From Naegleria gruberi (taxonomy: Eukaryota), in the NCBI GenBank assembly GCA_000004985.1, contig GG738845.1: DNA of 64,000 bases, one strand, 5' to 3'. The notes beneath the pieces are model-generated. The model searched no databases. It saw nothing but the letters and a program-made list of their open reading frames with translations, and was not told the origin of the DNA. Both the position numbers and the translations under genes were made by a program. Shown here in pieces: positions 53,701-62,500 of the stretch (position 1 is its first letter; each line of letters begins with the position of its first letter).

Positions 53701-53797
53701 TTACAAAGAAAGAGGAAGGATATGTACAACAGAGTAAAAGTATTAGTATGAAAAAGCAAGTAAAAAGGAATGTATGATGTGAAAATATTTTGTACAT
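50714..53797 (-). CDS. IRE1: Serine/threonine-protein kinase/endoribonuclease IRE1
   Basis: Signal peptide (MYKIFSHHTFLFTCFFILILLLC). Luminal PQQ-like propeller repeats (LVTTLNGNVHAIDQQSYQTLW, ...). Single TM (FTVTFISVSLIAVLSLTTIAIVIFI), then RRKRRKE. Kinase domain (VAVKRM, HRDLKPANILL, DMG). C-terminal KEN RNase domain (...KTWETQIDDGVYQQIKSVRKYDYTRVWDVLRCIRNLKSHYREYQ...). Track N-terminal extension (MINRIP...) is an artefact; the ATG at 53797 gives the signal peptide. Confidence 0.85.
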   Translation of the reverse strand: MYKIFSHHTFLFTCFFILILLLCCTYPSSFFVNSRETKLLPITRNQTIKKKPSKRETSRNLSLIYKDDFLSHKHSSFLVTTLNGNVHAIDQQSYQTLWICDKLGGPLIRTSKQYSDIQVIPSINGNMYVYKKGDGIQKLPMTVNELVNRSPFYGNDGTLYTSSKSNEIYLVDSKSGTVVEDPSNHSEDIITIVRVNYHVKSMDAHDKSLTKWNFTYSEIYPLYQENYEDRLGALSTIDNHLYLFKRKGAKDARQAISLSFESQPMSVFRQLNVAHRIFSEPSSAKYRDESIFRKVLMPIQELSISVLDPQQQEQTIHIKHNKLIDSFYALELPKHLPLVVVPSKHHNTLQLDHSKEDSILMLPYESVPSKGKSTINAEEKPTKNNLLIDNKVWETNEISQEENSTSISVNNVDQTVENYTLIIENQDDIHPNIVQKDDQYYYILSQDDESNNEFDQNFSEKFTVTFISVSLIAVLSLTTIAIVIFIQKREARRKRRKERELKETAEKTGESSTPDTAKTPDTSSASTVGVTTTTSTNTNEYTIGNITLFYNEILGYGSNGTIVYNGVLKYKINEAFIVRKVAVKRMLKDFVKFAQKEISLLIESDSHTNIVRYYAQEEDEQFIYLALELCTGGTMEQYLQQHPDLSYPERQRILKQLVMAIDHIHQLGIVHRDLKPANILLDEEGNVKLSDMGLGKRLEQYQSSFYELSSIINTRHGNSGSSSSEGAGEDNGGKNKNAAIVGTIGWQAPEILLHIEQTLQQIENGENPTQTQPNENPAIVPANSNGNNASILQNRMTKAVDVFALGCIIFFVLTGKHPYGRRSEREWNILNNKPVALIDEISNQSKQNQRKRKKHFHRIDTSVMKLIYEELIVADPTKRISASQLLKQCLFWDYSMKLHFLSDVSDQLGKEPENIVYKELQNAAEKIFNGNKTWETQIDDGVYQQIKSVRKYDYTRVWDVLRCIRNLKSHYREYQLQTTKILKCGCDKLPDGIFVYFDLEFPNLFPAVYELVKTHWSDRLQYKKYFY

Positions 53798-54168
53798 TGT
53801 TCGTTTGTTGTTGTGTAGCAGCAAGCTGCTAGCTGATTTTGAACCTGCGGGTATCCGATTTATCATTGTATTTAATTAGAATTATTCATAATTATTGTGA
53901 GTGTAATCATCAAGAAAATCCACCTATTATTTAATTGAAAACTGTTATAATACAACTGTACTGCTATTTTTTAATAAAATGAATTTTTATATCCAATGGA
54001 TAACACGTGTCTATTCTTACCAATGACATGGTTTATATTGAAGAACAAGAGATAGGATACTAGAGACGACTACAAACTAATTGTATAGTGTTTACTGAGG
54101 AAAGTCATAATAACCTTTGATTCATCGAGCAGTGATTGTATGAATCATGTCTTGCGCGCCAAAAAAAA

Positions 54169-57100
54169 ATGGCTTCCTCTTCTCAGCCAAGCATATTGTC
54201 ATTAGTAGAGAGGCTTTGTCGAAAACTTCTGTCCGGTCAGCAACAGTATAATTCTTATTCGGAAACACATGGTTGGTCATATAGTAAATTCTCAACTCAA
54301 ATTGTTGTTAACCAAGATAATTCCGATAGAGTTAGTGAAAAACTTGTAAAGAACACCAAAAGGACTTGTTTTTCTATCCTGATAGATAGGAATGAAAATG
54401 TAGGTTATATTGTTCTGTTAAAGGATTTATCATATTTAGTATATTCCCCCATTCGATTTTTCTGAATCATCAGATCAATTTCCATCTAAACTTTGTGAAT
54501 TGGATTATAGAATAGATACCCTGGTATGCACACTCAAATTGAGAGGTCAAGAGTCGACAGCCCAAAAAATTGAGCGTTTATTTCAATCCCTAAAACTATT
54601 GGATATGAAAATGAGCTCATTTCTTCTTCTTTTATTTAATGATTTAATTTCTCAAAACATTGACCAAAATTATGAGGAAAATAATTTAATTTTTGATATT
54701 TCATCCATTCAATCAGTTAGTGGAGAAAGTAAAAATTCAATGATATTGGAGGATTTGAATTTAAGTAGCCAATCTGATTTTTTCCCCAATGTACTTGATT
54801 GTGCCAGCAATACTCAATCTAATACTAGTTTATATTCAATGCAACCACTTTCAAAGATTGAAGGCTTCTTTGAAAATTTTGAATATTCTGACATATCAAG
54901 TCTAAAGAGACCACTAAGTGATTTTCAATCAGTTTTAAAATTGAAACCAGAAAAAAAGAAGCGATCTATCTATTTCACAGAACAAAGCAGTGACAAACTT
55001 TTTGAACACAAACATTATTTTGAGAGACTTTGTTTTGGATTGAATCCTCAACAAATACAAGAGTCTGATCTTGTAAATTTTGGCATATTAGCCCTACAAG
55101 GTATTTCATCGGATGTATTTATTTGGGATTCTGTAAAGTTTTGCTTTAAAATTCAACCAGTGAGGATAAAGACATTATCATTTCTAGGACTACGACAATC
55201 TTTGCAGGTAGTGGCCAACATGGGATCACTATTCAAACGTTTAGAAATAATAACAGAATATACTCAACTAGATTTAACCTATACTGGAAAATGCTTGCAG
55301 AGTTGTGGACAAGGTCTTTCTCATGTCATGAATTGGTACAAGTCATGTATACTAGATATTCCAAATATTCTAACTACTCTAGTCTCAGACTATTCAGGAT
55401 GTGATTGTAGAATTACAATTCTTAACTTGATACATCATATTACTCCTTTAAAGCAACGTTTAGAAGTGTTGTCTGAAATATTTGAATGTGACATACAAGA
55501 GAAAAATGCAAATGATGAATTCTCCATACTTCTTACTGATAATATACAGAGTAAGAATCTGTATATATCTAGTAGAGTTAAACAACTGCCCAAGGGAGCA
55601 AAGCTCATCAATTTAATGTATGAAAAAATTCAATCTATTGAAAATTCAAATAGGCCAGATTCTACGAATATTCTTCTTATATTACTCTACTATACTTTCC
55701 AGCCATACCTATATTGGATAAATAAGTGGATATTTTTTGGTGAGCTTGCTGATGATTTTAGTAGAGAGTTTTTTATTCAAAAGAATACCTCAAATCATTG
55801 TACTGAAATGTGGAATGCTCACATTGTGGATGCCCAACAAATACCTTCATGCATTTTAAAATGGGGAAATGACATATTTACTACTGGCAATACCGTAGGA
55901 ATAATCAAGTCTTGTAGACCAGATCACTACATTCTCAAAGATTTCATTTCCTCAACAATTAAATCTATCACAATTCTTTTCACTGAACAAGATTTGAAAA
56001 TTTATGAGCTTCAATGTGAAAAATTACAAAAATTACAACACAAAGACGCAACCTTAGAGATGAAAACCCAATTACAACAATTGGAAGTAAAAATTAGAGC
56101 TCAAGAGGAAAGACTGAAATTTGGTGAAGAATTATTGGATAGATTTCAAGAAGAGGAGAACAAATTACGAGATAAATTAAAGAAAGAGATCTTGGAAGAA
56201 TACAGAAAGAAAATGAATGTAGATATTTTTGAGGAGAGTCTGAACCTCAATAAGACACTGAATGAAATCACTCCCAAGCAACAGGATGAAGATTCTCTGA
56301 TGAGTGAAGCTCCTTCTCAATTGATTATTGAAGATTTAGACAAGCTGATTGATGATGAAGATGCAACCTTATTAATGAGAGTAGAATCTTTAAGTGTTTC
56401 CAACTTGTTGGAGAGTCAAAGGCCATTCATAGAGTTACCAATTGAGGTAGCAACTATGAGGAGTATTTTTTCAGTATTATTCCAGCAAAAACACATGATC
56501 GACAGCATTTTTGTGAAGATGTTATTTCACGACTATAGATTGAGCGAGTATTTTAGTATTATTAATAATTTTTTCCTTTTTCGAGCTGGTGACTTTCATG
56601 ATTGTTTTGTAAATATTTTGCATGAAGGCATGAAAAAGGGTATTCTGTATTCTGATATTTATATTGTAAATAGAGCTATGCAAGAGGCATTAAAGATTAC
56701 AGGCCATGCAGAGAGAGATGAAAGTATTGTATCCAAATTGAACTTCCGTATTGATGAATCTAAGGTTATTAATTTTTTAGATTACAACTCTGTTACAAGT
56801 CTCGATCATTTGTTATTACATTATGACATTGAGTTTCCTGTCTCGTTAATATTAACACCAATCATGATGGGAAAATATGCATCAATTCATGCACTCTTAC
56901 TTAAAATCAAACGGATCGATTGCTCACTGTTGGATATTTGGACTATTTTCAAGGTAAAGACTAGAATAACCAATCAAAGACTAAAGTATCTCCAACTATT
57001 TAGACAAGAGATTCAGCATTTTATAACGGTATTCAAAACGTTCATCTTTGTAGAGGTTATTGAATCATCCTTTTCTGATTTTGTTAAAGAATTACTTCAC

Positions 57101-57433
57101 CAAAAAGATAAGGATTTGAATATGGAAAGATTGTTATCAATTCATCAAAAGTTTGTTGATTCATTAATCAAACAGTGTCTACTCTCTACATCAGCTAAAC
57201 CTATTATGGATATTATTTTGAAAATGTTTGGATTAATTTTAAAGTTCAAAATTCAAATTGAAAATGTGGACATAACAGATTTGCCAGATACCCATTATGC
57301 AATAATTACACAAACTAGAAAAGAATTTATAGATTGTGCCCTATTTTTGGATTCATTAATGGACAGAGTAGCTCTGCAATCAACAACATCCAAGTTTGGA
57401 AAATTCAGAATGAATTATAAATTTACATACTAA
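54169..57433 (+). CDS. Gamma-tubulin complex component (GCP/Spc97-Spc98 family, GRIP motifs). Two exons: join(54169..54399, 54440..57433).
   Basis: Track ORF 1 reads through AAT|GTAGGTTAT (phase 0 donor at 54400). A 40-nt intron ends ATATTTAG at 54439 and joins in frame to ORF 2. GRIP1-like region, coiled-coil insert, and C-terminal GRIP2-like region (FRAGDFHDCFVNIL..., YDIEFPVSLILTPIMMGKYASIHALLLKIKRIDCSLLDIW). Start in CCAAAAAAAAATG context. Confidence 0.65.
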
Positions 57434-57438
57434 TTTAT

Positions 57439-57867
57439 TTACACAAATACTAAAACCAATAATGAAATTACAAATAAAATTGCAGACATGCAAATAATGT
57501 TCGAATCATTACACAAATCATCAGCACAACAATATAAATTTCTCAATTTTTTACAAGTAGAACTATCTGTGGCCCCATAAATATATTTCACAGTACCATC
57601 AATTACATCTTGCTGAGAACATCCATTATATCCACTCCTACATTTAGCAGCAATTTTTGAACAATAATTGTCAGTATAATTATAAGTGACAACCGTCAAA
57701 CTAGTCATGTTATATCCATCACTAACTCCAGTATAACATTGTTGTGCTCCTTCACATTCGGTGGTTAAATTTGTCAACACACAAACCACAAAAGTAATTA
57801 ATAATATCAGTATAATATTTTGGATTTGTTTTCTAGTGATGGATAATAGTTTCATTTTTTTTAACAT
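57439..57867 (-). CDS. Small secreted/GPI-anchored Cys-rich protein with Ly6/uPAR (LU, CD59-like three-finger) signature
   Basis: Signal peptide (MKLLSITRKQIQNIILILLITFVVCVLT). About 90-aa mature domain with 9-10 Cys ending in the LU hallmark ...LYCCADDLCNDSN (compare CD59 YYCCKKDLCNFN). Then a short hydrophobic C-terminus (MSAILFVISLLVLVFV) typical of a GPI-attachment signal. N-glycosylation sites present. Alternative start at the second ATG (57855, AAAAAAAATG). Confidence 0.55.
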   Translation of the reverse strand: MLKKMKLLSITRKQIQNIILILLITFVVCVLTNLTTECEGAQQCYTGVSDGYNMTSLTVVTYNYTDNYCSKIAAKCRSGYNGCSQQDVIDGTVKYIYGATDSSTCKKLRNLYCCADDLCNDSNIICMSAILFVISLLVLVFV

Positions 57868-57969
57868 GTTTCAATTCACCTTTCATTCTTTTGTCTATGG
57901 AAGCGGAAACATTAGTGAGATATAAAGTCAATACTGATAAATATTGGTTAGAAAGCAAGAAGAAAAAAA

Positions 57970-59471
57970 ATGCACCTTCCCAGAGAATCAACATTTAAAA
58001 GGTCATTTCTAGTGAGTGTTCGGAATTTACTCTTCCAATCAAAGTTTAGATCATTTCTCCTACTGCTATGGTTATTGTTCTTTATTTATTGTAGTTATTA
58101 TTATTTCTTATTGTCTTCTATACAGGGATCGGAGAAGGCAGCGAGAATAAATACAATGCACCATGATGATCAACAAGGCGCTGGTACCACCAATAATATT
58201 CAGAATGATCTGAAGGGCAGCAATCAAAAACCTACTGGTGCTGTTGTGGAGCCATCATCACCTACACCTATCGTTCGTGTAATCAAAAAACCAATTATTA
58301 ATCTGGTAAAAGAGGAGAGGAAGAAAATTGATAATTTGGAAGATTTTAAAGAGAAGGGTGAACAGGAAACAGTTTCAAATTTCATCATTCCAATTATAAT
58401 ATTTACCTACAAACGTGCGGAATATTTGAAAGAGACTATTGATACTGTTTTAAAGTATGTGGTTAATAATTTAAAAATTTAGTGATTAATTGCTGAATAA
58501 GGTATATGCCATCTTCTGGATTTCATATTTACGTTTCTCAGGATGGAGATGATGAGAGTGTTAAAAAGGTTGTGGATAGTTATGGAAATACCATTAAGAA
58601 GCATTTCCAAAGAGAGAGAAATGTCATTATTCCTGATAAAATCTCCAATGTTGTGGCATACTACTCAATTGCACAACATTACAAATATGGAATCAATAAG
58701 GTTTTTGAATCGGATAAAACTTATGACAGAATAATTATATTGGAAGAGGATTTAAAAGTTTCTCATGACTTTTTCGATTACTTTTCAACCATGTCAAGAT
58801 TACTTGATCGAGATACTTCATTATTCTGTGTTTCTGCTTGGAATGATAATGGATTGGAGGAATTTGCACAAAATCCTTCATCATTTTACAGATCTGATTT
58901 TTTTCCAGGTCTTGGTTGGATGATGAAAAGAAAATTGTGGGAGGAAGATTTTGAAGCCAAATGGCCACTCGGATTTTGGGATGATTGGATCAGAGAAGGT
59001 CCGAACAGAAAGGGCAGAGCTTGTATAAGGCCAGAAATTTCCAGAACATTTACATTTGGATTCAAAGGTGGAGCCAGCTCTAACCAGTTTTCAAATTATT
59101 TGAGTAAAATCAAATTGAATACCGGAACAGTTGATTGGAATAATTTTGATATTAATTCTCTCGTGAAGAGCAAGTATGATGAGGAATTGATTGATCAAGT
59201 CAAATCAGCAACTCCAATAACAATACACGATCTAAATGATGCCACCAGAGAGAATACTAAAATAAGAATTGAGTACAAGAGTACAGAGGAGTATTTAAAT
59301 GTAGCCAAGGTACTTGGAATTATGGCTGACATTAAGGCAGGTGTGCCAAGAGGTGCTTACTTGGGTATTGTTACAGTTAAACTGAAACGTGGAAATGTAT
59401 TGTTCATTACTCCTCCAACTTTTTCACCACAAACATACACTAATCTTCCTCCTTTCAAACTTACTCAATAA
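57970..59471 (+). CDS. MGAT1: Alpha-1,3-mannosyl-glycoprotein 2-beta-N-acetylglucosaminyltransferase (GnT-I / MGAT1). Two exons: join(57970..58454, 58502..59471).
   Basis: Type-II topology with an N-terminal signal anchor (FLLLLWLLFFIYCSYYYFLL). Catalytic domain collinear with animal GnT-I: IIPIIIFTYKRAEYL, TVLK|YMPSSGFHIYVSQDGDDE across the splice, EDD (ILEEDLKVSHDFFDYF), CVSAWNDNG, FFPGLGWMMKR, FWDDWIR, RACIRPEISRT, KAGVPRGAYLGIV. Donor AA|GTATGTGG, 47-nt intron, acceptor AATAAG at 58501. Confidence 0.85.
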
Positions 59472-59508
59472 AGTCGTTGTTTATTTTTTATTTAAATATG
59501 AAATTGGT

Positions 59509-62500
59509 TTATCTTACATCGTAAACGAAACGAACTGCCAATAAGGTTCTTCCCATTGGATCAATAAGTTTACACTTAACTCTTGTCTTTGAGAGGAGGG
59601 AATACACAACATCTCGTTCAGGCAGTGTAATAACGTAACGTTCTTCACGAGGCTCCAACTCTGAAACTTGAGAAACAAATTCAATTCTAGAACCAACAGT
59701 ATCGATCTTTTCGTGGAAAGAACATTGTGAAAGATATTCATTGACATAGAAACGAATTTCCAACTTATACTTCCATCTCTTTCTCAATTTGATAAGAATT
59801 GGATTGGATTTGACTTCAATTGGTTTAACATTCTCTTTTTCTTTTTCTGAGGCATGTCTTGTAACGTAGACATAGGCAGCTTCTAAAACTACACCTGGCT
59901 CCTTATGGTTTACACGAACAACCAAATTATTGTTGTGTGGTTCAATAAATGTTTCATTTGCATTGCTATCTTCAACAAAGTTAATATTAACAACATCATT
60001 ACCACCTGGAGAGAACGAGAAAGTATCAGCAATATTAATTGGAAGTTTCTTTTGAGATTTCTTCATGATTGCATTTGATAATACGTCCATAATTTCAGAT
60101 TTCTTATCAGAATCGTACAAGTAATCATATGAACTTGGAACGTGTAAACAAAAATTATCATCGGCAAAAGGACTCATAGAGGCTCCTTCGATTTCATCCA
60201 AATCAATGATACGTTTAACTTTGAATTCTTGTGGATCGATATTATAAATGTGCTTATCAGTAATAATCATGATACGTTTTTGAGTTTTAAGATTCTTATT
60301 AATCTTTAACACTTCAGAGGCAAACAACACTTGAGTATCACCATTCTTTTGAAGGAGTTGTTGAACTAATTTGTTATAGTGATTTGGAAGATAATCACCC
60401 ATATATTCTCTCATCATTGAGGCCTTTTTTCTTGCCTTTCTACCCTTGTATAAATCTGAACCAATACTTTGTTTGACTTCGCTTACCATATTGTTCTTCT
60501 CTTCTTGTTGATTTTCTTGTTTGTTCTCTTCAACTTCCATATTATTAACACGAATGAGAGCACCTGTACTAGTTGGGAAAATTAGTGTTGATTTAACTGT
60601 CAAATCATCTTGGAAATCAAGAGTTTTAACACCCTTTCCTTTGTGAACAGTATAGACAAGTTTATCGTCAACTTGTAATTCTAGTGACTTGTTTTCCACC
60701 TTCTTTTTGGCATCCATAATGGCCTTGATAATTTCAGTCTTTGAAGAGCTTGAGAAAATGTAATCGTATTCACCTGGAACTTTAAGAATAAAGAAACCAT
60801 CTCTCATAGTACTAACACTAATACCAGCAATCTCCTTGAATGGAATTCTTCTCAACACCTTCAAATCATTATCCAAGTTATAAACAGCTTGATCAGTGAC
60901 TAGTAATTTACGATCTTGAACCAAGTAACGTTTGTTAATCTTTTGAACAAGACCACTGTATAATAATTGAGAATCACCAAATTCCTTCTTGATCTTTTCG
61001 AATTGTTTAGTACTGGCAACGTGTAAATAATCACCCAAGTACCATTTGAGGAGAGAGTCCTTTCTTCTGAGTTTTTGACCTTGATAAATATCTTGAACAA
61101 CATTGGTATCCAAATCATTACTCATAACTTCTTCAACCTTAACTTGAACTTCGGCACCAAAATCAGTTGCAGTAACAACATTACCACGAATAATATCAAC
61201 TTCCTTAAAATCTAATCTTTGTTCGAAACCCTTCTTCATTCTGTGTTTAATTGAATTCTTGACGAAGAATTTCATTTTAGCACGAGTGGCATTTGTGAAA
61301 CTTTCTGATAAGACTTTAAGAATTTCAGTCTTTTTGTTACTTTCAAAGATGTAATCATATTCATCTGGAGTGTGAATTACAAAGAAACCATCTGTATATG
61401 GAGAAACTGTAATGGCCTTCAATCTTCTCATTGGGATTTGTCTGTTGATAATATAACCATTTGGATCGATATTATAGATGGCTCTCTCAGTAATTAACAA
61501 TATTCTTTCCTGTTTCTTATACTTTTTGTTATATTTTGTTACAACACTGGAGAAGTGAACTTCTTGATCACCAAAATCTTCAGTGATCTTCTTCATCAAA
61601 TCAGATTTAGCCAAGTGAATATAGTCACCATAGAATTTCTTGTGGAAGGATGTTTTTCTTCTCAATTTCATGCCATCAAAAACATCATCACTTGGTTTTG
61701 AACTAATCACTAAACCTTCAGTCGTAACTTCAATGGTTGTACCTGACTTGGCATTGTAATTCTTAACATATTTAACAGTCTTTGACATAGCTTTAAGTGG
61801 ATGGAAAACAAATTCTTCACCAATATCAACACGAAGAGTCTTGACACGATGATCATCAGAATTTACAGAAGCCACTGCTTGCTTATTAGAATCATCTGTT
61901 GTTGAATTTTCTCCTGCATTGGATGATGATGGATCCGTATTGTTGGCATTATTGGTTGTATTGTCACTGTTAGGAGTATTGGATGGTGCTCCACTATTAT
62001 TATCCTTATTAATGTGTGAGAAGAATAAATCGTACGAGTCACGAATGGCCTTCATCACTTCATTCTTACTGTCAGCTTCGAGCATAATATCATGGAGTTG
62101 TGGTACAGAAACAATGAAAACTTCATCGTTGAGAGCTGAACATTTCAAACTGTCAATCATCTTGTATTGAACTCTCTTTAAAACTGTGTATGTCTTTGGA
62201 TCAACAAGGTAGATTGCAGAAGGAGAGACAACCAATAATTTTCTCTGTCTTTCGCCTGTTTTGAAATTAATTTGGTTTACAGGTCTTTGGAATAAATTAT
62301 CACATTTTTCACCAAATGTTTTTTCGAGAGCTTTTTGTAAATGTTGTTCTGCCAATACTTTTTGTCTGGCTTTGTACTTTCTAAAGTTTCTTTGAATGAT
62401 GGAGGCCATTTCAATTCTTCTCGATGCCACTTTTTCATCCAATGCAAATAATTGAATTGGAGTTTGGAGGAAAACCTTTGATTTGCCTAGGGAATATTTA

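Noticed and set aside
53798-53866. IRE1 N-terminal extension MINRIPAGSKSASSLLLHNNKRT in the ORF track
   Set aside because: The ATG at 53797 gives a canonical signal peptide (MYKIFSHHTFLFTCFFILILLLC). The upstream residues come from a non-ATG start in the track.
59509-59520. GAT|GTAAGATAA at the myosin stop codon, a possible further terminal intron
   Set aside because: No in-frame acceptor before the adjacent GnT-I gene. GTAAGA is weaker than the donors in use. The TH1 domain is already complete, so this is most likely the genuine stop.
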